Of a stretch of 64,000 nt of DNA, positions 21,275 through 30,151 are shown piece by piece. Position numbers and translations under genes: made by a program. This stretch comes from Candidatus Latescibacterota bacterium (GTDB lineage Bacteria; Latescibacterota; UBA2968; UBA8231). The notes below the pieces were generated by a model, which worked only from the letters and a program-made list of their open reading frames with translations, was not told where the DNA came from and made no database searches. Positions within the stretch are counted from its first letter, which is position 1. Each line of letters starts with the position of its first letter. The stretch lies in assembly GCA_965248265.1 (NCBI GenBank), contig CBDFJF010000002.1:448001-512000 (forward strand), written 5' to 3'.

Positions 21275-22720
21275 CTACCGTACGAGCGACAGCTTTCGAC
21301 TCTCGGTGTAGTCCCCCGCGCGGAGCCGGTACATGTAAGTACCCGATGCCAGATCCTGTCCTGTCGCGTCGCGACCGTCCCAGCGGAGCGAATACATGCC
21401 GGCTTTACGGTGACCGTCGATGAGTGTCACGACCTTTTGCCCCGCCAGGTTGTAAATGGCTATGTCTACCCGGCTATCGAGGGGCAGGTCAAAGTGGATG
21501 GAGGTTTCGGCGTTGAAGGGGTTGGGGTAGTTCTGGGACAGGTTGAAGGACTGCGGCAGCGACTCATCGCGCACCTCTACCACGGTCGCGATAGCCGGAG
21601 TTACCCTACGAATTCGATGATTCCCAGCGTCGGCGATGAAGAGATTGCCCGCCGCATCGACGAACACGCCACCAGGACCAACCAACTCGGCCTCGGTGGC
21701 CGGGCCGCCGTCGCCGGAAAACCCCGCTGTGCCCGTGCCGGCCACGGTGGAGATGGTACCGGCCGGATCCACCTTGCGAACGCGATGATTGTCAGCGTCG
21801 CCGATGAAGAGATTGCCCGCCCCATCGACGAACACGCCAACAGGATCGTTCAACTGGGCCTCGGTGGCCAAGCGGCCATCGCCGGAAAACCCCGCTGTGC
21901 CCGTACCGGCCACGGTGGAGATGGTACCGGCCGGATCCACCTTGCGAATGCGATTATTGTTAGCGTCGGCGATGAAGAGATTGCCCGCCCCATCGACGAA
22001 CACGTCAATAGGAACGTTCAACTGGGCCTCGGTCGCCGGCCCGCCGTCGCCGGAAAACCCCCGTGTGCCCGTGCCGGCCACGGTGGAGATGGTACCGGCC
22101 GGATCCACCTTCCGAACTCGATGATTCCCACGGTCGGCAATGAAGAGATTGCCCGCGGCATCGACGAACACGTCCCACGGAAGGTCCAACTGGGCCGCGG
22201 TGGCCGGGCCGCCATCGCCGGAAAACCCTTCTGTGCCCGTGCCGGCCACGGTGGAAATGGTGCCGGCCGGGTCCACCTTACGAACGCGATCATTATCAAG
22301 ATCGGCAATGAAGAGATTGCCCGTCGCATCCACGAACACGCCAATAGGATGGTCCAACCCGGCCTCCGTGGCGGGGCCGCCGTCGCCTAACCCCTCGGTG
22401 CCTCCCCCGGCCACAATGGAGATGGTGCCGCTCGTGTCCACCCTTCGAACGAGCTGATCGTTGTAGCCGCCAATGAAGAGATTTCCCGCGGCATCGACGA
22501 ATACGTCACGAGGAGTATACAACTGGGCCTCGGTGGCCGGGCCGCCGTTGCCGGAAGACCCCGCTCTACCCGTGCCGGCCACGGTGGAGATGGTCTGTGC
22601 GAAGGCCGGTGTGCACAGGCCGAAGGTGACCGTCAGCAGAAAGGCGAGCCGGACGGCAAGGCCGGAAAAGAGCACGACACTGCAGGTGGTTCTGCGCACT
22701 GAGTGTATGCAGATGGTCAT
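21275..22720 (-). CDS. Secreted six-bladed NHL-repeat beta-propeller with FlgD-Ig/T9SS-type CTD
   Basis: Signal peptide ending AFA-Q; six ~56-aa repeats TISTVAGTG..GDGGPAT.A.L..P..VFVD..GNLFIAD..N.R.RKVD; QNYPNPFN CTD. Confidence 0.88.
   Translation of the reverse strand: MTICIHSVRRTTCSVVLFSGLAVRLAFLLTVTFGLCTPAFAQTISTVAGTGRAGSSGNGGPATEAQLYTPRDVFVDAAGNLFIGGYNDQLVRRVDTSGTISIVAGGGTEGLGDGGPATEAGLDHPIGVFVDATGNLFIADLDNDRVRKVDPAGTISTVAGTGTEGFSGDGGPATAAQLDLPWDVFVDAAGNLFIADRGNHRVRKVDPAGTISTVAGTGTRGFSGDGGPATEAQLNVPIDVFVDGAGNLFIADANNNRIRKVDPAGTISTVAGTGTAGFSGDGRLATEAQLNDPVGVFVDGAGNLFIGDADNHRVRKVDPAGTISTVAGTGTAGFSGDGGPATEAELVGPGGVFVDAAGNLFIADAGNHRIRRVTPAIATVVEVRDESLPQSFNLSQNYPNPFNAETSIHFDLPLDSRVDIAIYNLAGQKVVTLIDGHRKAGMYSLRWDGRDATGQDLASGTYMYRLRAGDYTESRKLSLVR
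21605..22595 (-). repeat. ~168-bp coding tandem repeats (NHL blades)
   Basis: Recurrent 'gccggccacggtggagatggtaccggccggatccacctt' and 'gatgaagagattgccc' blocks. Confidence 0.85.
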
Positions 22721-22768
22721 TGTCTTCTCTCCTTTGAACGAACAGCATGTTGGTGGAAAGCGCGCTTG

Positions 22769-24709
22769 CTACGGCGCGAACTTCTGAATCCGCTTGTTGC
22801 CGACGTCGGCTACGTAGATGAAGCCCTCGTCGTCGACAATGAGACTGCCAGAGAAGTCCTCTGGTCGATCGCCATCACGAAAATCGAACTGGCCATCGTC
22901 TGTGCCCCCATTGCCCCAATGCGTGATGTAGTTCCCTTCAGAGTCGAATGCCTGGATGCGTCTGTTGCCCGCGTCGAGGACGAAGATCCGGCCATCGCTG
23001 GCCACGTCGAACGACAGAGGATAGGAGAAGGCGCCCGGCTCCTGGCCCGGTGTTCCAACCGCGGTCGCCGTGCTTCCGGGGCCGAAGGGCCAGTTGATAT
23101 GCCCCTCCGAGAGCCCCGTGGGTGCGTAGAAAACCTGATGCTGATCTGGTACACAGATACCGATCTGCGGCTCCGAATCGGTTCCCCAGAGGCGCATTTC
23201 GCTGATTGGAAGGTCCAGAGCCATTGATTGGCCCGATGGCCGACTGACGCTATCCCCCCAGGCAAAGGCCCAGCTTTCCGCGAGAGAAATCAAGCTCATC
23301 GGACCAACCGCTGTGTCTGTTGTGACAGGCGTGTATTCAGAGGGCCAGGAGGAAGGAGACACGATTCCAGCCTGGACGAAGCCCTCGTCAATCTCAGCAT
23401 GCAGACGATAGGTAAGGCCAGTTGCAGCTGCGAAGGGTGATTCGAAATCTCGGGACTCCAAGCCGGAATCCGGCGGTGGGAGAATTGTCAGGGTCTTAGA
23501 GAAATCTCCCGTCTTAGATGAATTCTTAATTGCATCGAACTCTAGGTTGAATCCGAATGAAGTATGCGACGACATGGTCTGATGAAGCCGAAAAAAACTC
23601 TGCCCGGCCAGCGCGGTGTCGGCTTTCACGGCGATGTTAGCTGTAGGCCAGACCGACGAACCCGCAACGACGTCGGCTTCCAATCGTATATCGTGCCAGG
23701 ACGCTGTGACTTTTCTCCTGATCCACACGTTACCCGTAAGGCGCAACGCGCCACCTTCAACTTCGGCTTCACCCTCGATCACTTCCCATTCATGATCGGG
23801 CCCATCGAATTCATCGTCGATAAGAAGGCGATCATTCGAAGTAAACCGCACGTTGTCGAGAAAGGCGAGGTCGTGGACATGAAGGAGAATCTGACCTTCG
23901 ACCTCTGCTGCAGAGGGACCGAAGGATTCGAAGTTGTGCTCCAGCGGATGATCACGCAGCAGGGGCGCACCGTCCGCATCATAGGCCAGCACGTGTGGAA
24001 TCTGAAAACTTCTGCTAGCGTCGCTAGCGCTCTCCAAAGACAGACCCACAAGTCGCGTGCCGTCGGGAAGGATAGTGAGAGCGACAGTTTGCGGCGGTAT
24101 AGCCAGAGAAGGATTATCCAGCAACACCTGCTCTTCAATCGGATCTCCACCTGAGGCGAACGAGAGGAGCCGGACGCGGTTTTCTCCAGATATCAAGGCA
24201 AGGACGTCGTCGCCTTCCTTGTAGAGCCGGACGTATTCACCCTCCTCCATTTCGAGGGGCCAGCTGTGAAGGAGTCCATGAAGAGTTCCAGTCTTCGCAA
24301 GACCGGGAACGAGCTCATCTGCGTCGGTCACCACGACGACGTGGTAGGAGTACTCCTTGTTACCCGCCAGTCCGGTATCCACGAAGGAGGTATCGCTCCT
24401 GTCCTCGACCATGGCGGCCACCAGGGTATCGGATCCAGTTGTCCGCAGTAGGCGATAGGACGAGAAGTTCGGGTCGACGTATTGAGTCCAGGTGACCGTC
24501 GCCGATGCCGTTGCCGAGTCGAACGTCAGGTCACGAATCCCGAAGCCGTCCTCGAGTTCGCCCGGCGGAGTCAGCTCGGGCTCAAGCGGGTTGTTCCCCT
24601 TGTTGTCATCCCCGCATGCAACCAGAAGAAGAAGAAGCCCTGCCGGCAGCAGGCCAAAGCAAGAGAACGTGCCACACAGCCGGATAAAACAGTGAATAGT
24701 TGCGTTCAT
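22769..24709 (-). CDS. Lipoprotein with FN3-like domain, lectin-like insert and C-terminal NHL repeats (paralog A)
   Basis: Lipobox LVA-C; FN3-like YRLLR...FVDTGL...YSYHV; C-terminal FSYPLSFDV..DGRIFVLDAGNRRIQ/IYVADVGNKRIQKF. ATG 24709 follows AGGAGA. Confidence 0.78.
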   Translation of the reverse strand: MNATIHCFIRLCGTFSCFGLLPAGLLLLLVACGDDNKGNNPLEPELTPPGELEDGFGIRDLTFDSATASATVTWTQYVDPNFSSYRLLRTTGSDTLVAAMVEDRSDTSFVDTGLAGNKEYSYHVVVVTDADELVPGLAKTGTLHGLLHSWPLEMEEGEYVRLYKEGDDVLALISGENRVRLLSFASGGDPIEEQVLLDNPSLAIPPQTVALTILPDGTRLVGLSLESASDASRSFQIPHVLAYDADGAPLLRDHPLEHNFESFGPSAAEVEGQILLHVHDLAFLDNVRFTSNDRLLIDDEFDGPDHEWEVIEGEAEVEGGALRLTGNVWIRRKVTASWHDIRLEADVVAGSSVWPTANIAVKADTALAGQSFFRLHQTMSSHTSFGFNLEFDAIKNSSKTGDFSKTLTILPPPDSGLESRDFESPFAAATGLTYRLHAEIDEGFVQAGIVSPSSWPSEYTPVTTDTAVGPMSLISLAESWAFAWGDSVSRPSGQSMALDLPISEMRLWGTDSEPQIGICVPDQHQVFYAPTGLSEGHINWPFGPGSTATAVGTPGQEPGAFSYPLSFDVASDGRIFVLDAGNRRIQAFDSEGNYITHWGNGGTDDGQFDFRDGDRPEDFSGSLIVDDEGFIYVADVGNKRIQKFAP

Positions 24710-24766
24710 GGTTGTCTCTCCTGTCTTTGTGTCCAATCCGCTATGGCGTACCCACAAAGACATATC

Positions 24767-24782
24767 GCAAGCGGCGTGCCAG
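24767..24782 (-). promoter_or_regulatory. Sigma-54 (-24/-12) promoter
   Basis: Minus strand reads CTGGCAC-GCCGC-TTGC, a perfect consensus match, 57 bp upstream of ATG 24709. Confidence 0.8.
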
Positions 24783-24861
24783 CGCGGCGGATTCAGGCCT
24801 AAGCTGTTTGGTTATATGGGATTACGGAAAAGAAGTGGAGTCGGACAGACTCTACAACGGC

Positions 24862-24936
24862 GTCCAGTTTTCTGGAAAAATGGCCAGCAGAGTCCAGTTT
24901 TCTGGAAAAATGGCTGCTGAGTCCAGGATTCTGGAC
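24862..24936. promoter_or_regulatory. Three palindromic TCCAG-N4-CTGGA sites, candidate enhancer (UAS) for a sigma-54 activator
   Basis: GTCCAGTTTTCTGGAA at 24862 and 24892 (part of a 23-bp direct repeat), GTCCAGGATTCTGGAC at 24921; spacing 30 and 29 bp. Confidence 0.65.
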
Positions 24937-24994
24937 AGATGAGAACTCAGATGTGCGACACAACACCCATGATGTCGCGTATTCGATTGGGGTG

Positions 24995-27172
24995 CTACGG
25001 CGCGAATTTCTGAATTCGCTCGTTGCCGACGTCGGCTACGTAGATGAAGCCTTCGTCGTCAACGACGATGCTGCCGGAGAAATCCTCGGGCCGAAGGCCG
25101 CCACGAAAATCGAACTGGCCATCGTCTGTGCCCTCGTTGCCCCAATGCGTGATGTAGTTCCCTTCAGAGTCGAATGCCTGAATGCGTCTGTTGCCGGCGT
25201 CGAGGACGAACATCCGACCATCGATGCCCACGTCGAATGACAGAGGATAAAAGAAGCCGCCTGGCTCCTGGCCCGGCTCCTGGCCCCTAGTTCCGACGGC
25301 GATCGGGTCGTCGGAGGGGTCGAAAAGCCACCAGATAGAGCCGTTTGACAGGCGGGCCGGAGCGAAGAAAACCTGGTGCTGATCCGGTACACAGATACCG
25401 ATCCGCGGCTCTGAATCGGTTTCCCAGACGCGCATCTCACTGACTGGGAGGTCCAGGGCAAGGGTTCGGCCCGGTGGCCGACTGAGGCTATCGCCCATGG
25501 CAAAGGCCCAGCTTTCCTCGAAAGAAACCAAGCTCATCGAACCAATCACTCTGTCCGTGGCCCTGTTTTCAGAGGGCCACAAGGAAGGAGACGCAATCCC
25601 AGCCTGGATAAGGCCCTCGTCGATCACAGCATGCAGATGATAGGTAAGGCCAGTAGCAGCTGCGAAGGGTGAGTCGAATGGTTGTGGCTCCAAGCCGGAA
25701 TCCAGCGGTGGGAGAATCGTTAGGGTCTTGGACCGCAAATCACGCGTTGCTTCGAACCGCAGGTTGAGTCCGAATGAGGTATGCGACGTCATGGTCTGAT
25801 GAAGCCGATGATTACTCTGACCGGCCAGCGCGGTGTCGGCTTTCACAGTGATGCTGGCTATAACCCAGTCCGACGAATCCGTGACGACGTCGGCTTGCAA
25901 TCGTATATCGTGCCAGGACGCTGTGACTTTTCTCCTGATCCCCACGTGACCTGTCAAGCGCAACGCACCACCTTCAACTTCGGCTTCACCCGTGATCACT
26001 TCCCATTCATGATCGGGCCCATCGAATTCATCGTCGATAAGAAGGCGATCATTCGAAGTAAGTCGCACGTTGTCGAGAAAGGCGAGGTCGTGGGTATGAA
26101 GGAGAATCTGACCTTCGACCTCTGCTGCAGAGGAACCGAAGGATTCGACGCCGTGCTCCAGCGGATAATCACTCAGCAACGGCAAACCGTCCGCATCATA
26201 GGCCAACAGCTGTGGAAGCCGAAAACTTTTGCTAGAGCTGGTAAAGCTCTCCAAAGACAAGCCCACAAGCCGCGTGCCGTCGGGAAGGATGGTGAGAGCG
26301 ACAGTATGCGGCGGTATGTCCAGCGCAGGATTCTCCAGCAACACCTGCTCTTCAATCAAGAGTCCACCTGAGGAGAACGAGAGAAGCCGGACGCGGTTTT
26401 CTCCAGATATCAATGCAATAATGTCGTCGCCTTCCTTGTAGAGCCGCACGTATTCGCCGTCCTCCATGTCGAGGGGCCACGTATCCAGGTGCTCGTGGAA
26501 AACCCCACTGCGCTCCTCACTCTCGATCTCTTCATTCGCCGTAGTCAGTAAGACGACCCGGTATCGGTGCCTGGCGTTGCCGGTCAGTTCTTCATCCACC
26601 CAGGACGTAGTGGAAATGTCGTCGATCTCTTCGATTAGTTGAGGTGGCGCGTCACCGGTCCGTCGCACGATTCGATATGACCGAAAGCGAGAGCCGGTAT
26701 AGCGGGTCCAGCTGAGCGTGGCGGTTGCCGTTCTCGAATCGAATCGAACCTCCTCAATTTCGACCGCAGCAAGGTCGAGGAGCCGGACCGACTGAGGTTG
26801 CGACGGAACTTCGAGTCCCGCTGAGTTGATCACGGAAACTCGATACGAGTAGGTGGAGCCGGTCACGAGCGTCGAATCGACGAAGCTCGTCTCGTCGACA
26901 TCAGAAAAGATCTTGAGCGTGTCGATGACCTCTGGCATCTCCCCAATACGAATTACCAAATAGCCTGCAAACGGAACTTTGCCGTCATACGGCGTCCAGG
27001 TGAGGGTGGCGGTGCCGACCGAGTCGTCGAGGGCGACCTGTAGCTCCACAGGCGGGGTCAGCTCAGGATCGAGGGGGTTCGTCCGCTTGGTGTCGTGGCT
27101 ACAGGCAAGCAGAAGAAGAGGGACGAGTCCTGCGAGAGGCCAGGAGGATTTGGTGGGATTGGACGTGTCCAT
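24995..27172 (-). CDS. Lipoprotein with two FN3-like domains, lectin-like insert and C-terminal NHL repeats (paralog B)
   Basis: Lipobox LLA-C; NPLDPELTPP; the C-terminal ~500 aa is collinear and highly similar to paralog A. Confidence 0.78.
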   Translation of the reverse strand: MDTSNPTKSSWPLAGLVPLLLLACSHDTKRTNPLDPELTPPVELQVALDDSVGTATLTWTPYDGKVPFAGYLVIRIGEMPEVIDTLKIFSDVDETSFVDSTLVTGSTYSYRVSVINSAGLEVPSQPQSVRLLDLAAVEIEEVRFDSRTATATLSWTRYTGSRFRSYRIVRRTGDAPPQLIEEIDDISTTSWVDEELTGNARHRYRVVLLTTANEEIESEERSGVFHEHLDTWPLDMEDGEYVRLYKEGDDIIALISGENRVRLLSFSSGGLLIEEQVLLENPALDIPPHTVALTILPDGTRLVGLSLESFTSSSKSFRLPQLLAYDADGLPLLSDYPLEHGVESFGSSAAEVEGQILLHTHDLAFLDNVRLTSNDRLLIDDEFDGPDHEWEVITGEAEVEGGALRLTGHVGIRRKVTASWHDIRLQADVVTDSSDWVIASITVKADTALAGQSNHRLHQTMTSHTSFGLNLRFEATRDLRSKTLTILPPLDSGLEPQPFDSPFAAATGLTYHLHAVIDEGLIQAGIASPSLWPSENRATDRVIGSMSLVSFEESWAFAMGDSLSRPPGRTLALDLPVSEMRVWETDSEPRIGICVPDQHQVFFAPARLSNGSIWWLFDPSDDPIAVGTRGQEPGQEPGGFFYPLSFDVGIDGRMFVLDAGNRRIQAFDSEGNYITHWGNEGTDDGQFDFRGGLRPEDFSGSIVVDDEGFIYVADVGNERIQKFAP

Positions 27173-27203
27173 GCAGCAGCACTCCGGTCGTCGAGACCAC
27201 TTT

Positions 27204-30125
27204 TCAGCGCACAGTCAAGGGCTCAGCTATACTTTCCACGAGATCGAGCAAATCGCGGACTCCTCTACCGCGAGGACTGGCTTCGAGCAGGTCCGTCAGC
27301 CGCCCGAGCGAGGTCAGCAGAGCCTGGTCGGCCGCAACGGTGCGCAATGACTCGTCGAGCTGGCGGCTGGTGGCCGCGTGGGCGGACAGATCCACGACGC
27401 TCGACAGTGGCACGCGCAGGGATCGGGCGGCCAGACCGCCGATTCTCAGGGTTTGGAGCCATTTTCCCATGTAGAAGAAGAGAGCAGCTTCCTCGCCGTG
27501 GCCCTGGACGAGTTGGGCCAGGGTCTGGTTTGCCTCGTTAAGGTTGGCGGCGAGTTCCGGCGTGGATTCAGTACCGGGCCGCAGATGCTGGGGCAAGTTT
27601 TCGACAGCCCTGCGCTGTGCCGGGCTTGGGTCGAAGTGGCTCAGCAGCTCGCTCAGGCGTTGTGCCTGGATTTGTGCGCCCGTCAAGTCACGGCTGAATT
27701 GCTGCAGGACCTTCAGTTTGATCCACAGCACTCCAGCTGTAAAGGCTGTTTGAGTTTTCGAGGGTTTGGCGAAAATCCCGAACTCGGTGGCCACTTCCCG
27801 GGTCAGGTCAGCGGCCATCAGCGACCACTCGCGGCCCTGAGCCTGCAGGGTCGAGTCGACGATGGACAGTTGGGCCATGCCAGAACCCAAAAGCATCATC
27901 TTGCCATTGGCCTCATACTGGTCGGGGACTTCCAGACGATACAGATACATTCCACTGGCCACCGGCTGGTGGTTCCCATCCTGCCCGCTCCACACCACCT
28001 CCTGCCTTCCCTCTGATTGATGTTCGTCGACAAGGGTACGCACCATCTGGCCGAGGCTGTTGTAGATGACCAGGCGTACCGGCCCCGAGGTGGCCAGTGT
28101 GTAGGGAATGGTGGTGCTGTAGTCGAAGGGGTTGGGATAGTTCTGCATCAGTTCGAATGCGACTGACTCCAAGGCGGGCGCGTCAGTAACGGCTGTAGCC
28201 ACCTGGGAGGCAAGGTAGTCCTCGTGGGTTAGAAAACCATGCTTGGTATCGCGGAGTACAAACCTCTCCTCCATAGGCTCGCGCAGGCCTGGGTCCGTAC
28301 TGCTGATGCGGATACCGTACCAGGTATCCCCGGGCACCAGGGCTTCAAACACGATGGGTGGAGGTACTATTTTTTCCAATTTTTTTGTTTCTTTGTTAAA
28401 ACGGGACGTCCGTTTCTGCCTTTCGATGCTCAGGTCGCCCTGGATGTCTATCTCGCAAAGCGCAGGATCCAGCCCGCCTCGGAGTCGATCGGTGCCGGCA
28501 AAGCGCACCCGAGTATGTTTGCTCACAAACAGCTTGCCTTCTGGTGCAATGGTCAGATCCCCATCCACAATGATCTCTCCGCCCCAGCTCACTTCGCCGC
28601 GAATGGTACCCGCCCAGTGAGTCGGTTTGATATCCACGACCATGTGAGGGCCCTGGCGGCGAATGTTCTCAAGGGCAAATCCTGTGTTTGCTTCGGCGTA
28701 CTGCCTCCACTGAACTGTTGCGGGATTCGATTGGCGATCCAGGCGCGTAAAGCGGTCGCCATCAAAGGGGTCCGTGGCATCGCCGAGGTTTCCGCCACGA
28801 GCGTCGCGGTAAGCGACATCGTGCGCCCAAAAATCGAGGTTGTCGCGCCCTTCGTGTGGATCAGCCACACCACCGAGCGGGTGACCCGCGTCGCTGTAGA
28901 GCCCGTCGGCACAGACCAGGTTGACTCGCTTGTTTTCCTCATGGTCGTTGGATGGGGTGAAGGTACGCACATGCCATGCCAGTAATCCCTCGGCCGGCAA
29001 GTTGCGATTATAGTAATGGGAGGTGCGGAGTCGCTGCTCCAGCAGGAGGTATTCAGGGACGGACGAGGTTAGCAATTCGATGTATTGCGTGTGCAGCGGA
29101 ATCCTGTAAATGAAGCCCTGCTGATACAGGTCCGAAATAACCAGTCCGGTTGTGTCACTGGACACCTCTATCAACCGCTCGTTGTTCAATCCAATCCAGC
29201 CCAGCTGTTCCAGACTCCATGGAGAGAAGGGGTTGGGGCCATCGTAGCCGTTCCAACCGGACGTGCCCTGTCCCATCAGCCCCCAGCGGCCAATGCCGGC
29301 GCTGTCTTCGGCCGGCGTGTCATAGCTTTTGTCGTAGAGGTCGGGCAGGCCCAGGGCATGTCCGAATTCGTGCGCCATGACCCCCGCCGTTTGGGCGAAC
29401 GAGCCTTCCTTCAGAATGGCGCCATGATACTGCTGGTAGCTGATGCGTGTGGGATTGCCACTGGCAGACACATCAGCCGATCGGTAATCGTCGATAAACC
29501 CCCCTAAATTGGCGATACCGGTTGCACCCTTTAAGAGGAAATCGCGGGGGGCAGAAAGCACGTTGACGAAGACGTAGTCAACCCGGCCGTCATCATCTCC
29601 GGAATCGGGTTCACCGTCCGGGCCGTCGTTGTCGAACGCCCGCAGATCGACATCCCGGTCCACTTTCCTCAGAATCTCCTGCACAAACTCGTTGTAGCGG
29701 CCGAACTCTCCCGACACTCGGGCACGATACGCTGAAGCCGGACGGTTCGAGGCATAGCGCTTGGGCACCACGGTGCCCTCAATCTGCAACTGGCCAAAGG
29801 ACATGGTGTCATAGAAGTGCGTGAAACTGCCCGGATGATCCCGGTCGAACAGCGCCTCTCCGTAGTCGGGGATCCGGTCATTGCCCGGGGCTTCGTCCTT
29901 GAACTTGGCGAAGATGACAAGGACGCCCACTTTGCCGCGAGAAGACACGACATCCGTCTGTGCTGCAAGCCCGAACTCCTCCTCAACCTGGAGCGGGGCC
30001 TCCTCAAAGATTATGTCCGGGGGTGCCGAGGGAGTTGTGCACCCCGTCGTGCAGAGGGTACCGAGCAGCAGCGCCAGGACGGCGCTGCAACGACCGTACT
30101 TCCACAGGAGACATAGATGGGTCAT
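27204..30125 (-). CDS. M6-family metalloprotease, probable lipoprotein, with internal FlgD-Ig-type domain and extra C-terminal helical domain
   Basis: LCTTGC near the N-terminus; HEFGHALGLPDLY; WGLMG; QNYPNPF...VASGMYLY...KMMLL followed by ~225 further residues. Confidence 0.82.
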   Translation of the reverse strand: MTHLCLLWKYGRCSAVLALLLGTLCTTGCTTPSAPPDIIFEEAPLQVEEEFGLAAQTDVVSSRGKVGVLVIFAKFKDEAPGNDRIPDYGEALFDRDHPGSFTHFYDTMSFGQLQIEGTVVPKRYASNRPASAYRARVSGEFGRYNEFVQEILRKVDRDVDLRAFDNDGPDGEPDSGDDDGRVDYVFVNVLSAPRDFLLKGATGIANLGGFIDDYRSADVSASGNPTRISYQQYHGAILKEGSFAQTAGVMAHEFGHALGLPDLYDKSYDTPAEDSAGIGRWGLMGQGTSGWNGYDGPNPFSPWSLEQLGWIGLNNERLIEVSSDTTGLVISDLYQQGFIYRIPLHTQYIELLTSSVPEYLLLEQRLRTSHYYNRNLPAEGLLAWHVRTFTPSNDHEENKRVNLVCADGLYSDAGHPLGGVADPHEGRDNLDFWAHDVAYRDARGGNLGDATDPFDGDRFTRLDRQSNPATVQWRQYAEANTGFALENIRRQGPHMVVDIKPTHWAGTIRGEVSWGGEIIVDGDLTIAPEGKLFVSKHTRVRFAGTDRLRGGLDPALCEIDIQGDLSIERQKRTSRFNKETKKLEKIVPPPIVFEALVPGDTWYGIRISSTDPGLREPMEERFVLRDTKHGFLTHEDYLASQVATAVTDAPALESVAFELMQNYPNPFDYSTTIPYTLATSGPVRLVIYNSLGQMVRTLVDEHQSEGRQEVVWSGQDGNHQPVASGMYLYRLEVPDQYEANGKMMLLGSGMAQLSIVDSTLQAQGREWSLMAADLTREVATEFGIFAKPSKTQTAFTAGVLWIKLKVLQQFSRDLTGAQIQAQRLSELLSHFDPSPAQRRAVENLPQHLRPGTESTPELAANLNEANQTLAQLVQGHGEEAALFFYMGKWLQTLRIGGLAARSLRVPLSSVVDLSAHAATSRQLDESLRTVAADQALLTSLGRLTDLLEASPRGRGVRDLLDLVESIAEPLTVR

Positions 30126-30151
30126 AGGAAGCTCCTTATGGTGTATTGCCG

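Noticed and set aside
20951-22390. 479-aa plus-strand repetitive ORF
   Set aside because: Antisense shadow of the NHL-repeat gene; no independent motifs.
24862-24936. 23-bp direct repeats as a mini CRISPR array
   Set aside because: Only 2-3 units, spacers of 6-7 bp and no cas genes. They fit palindromic protein-binding sites better.
22769-26485. Diversity-generating retroelement template/variable repeat pair
   Set aside because: Both copies are long intact ORFs, I saw no clear adenine-specific pattern in the differences, and there is no reverse transcriptase in the window.
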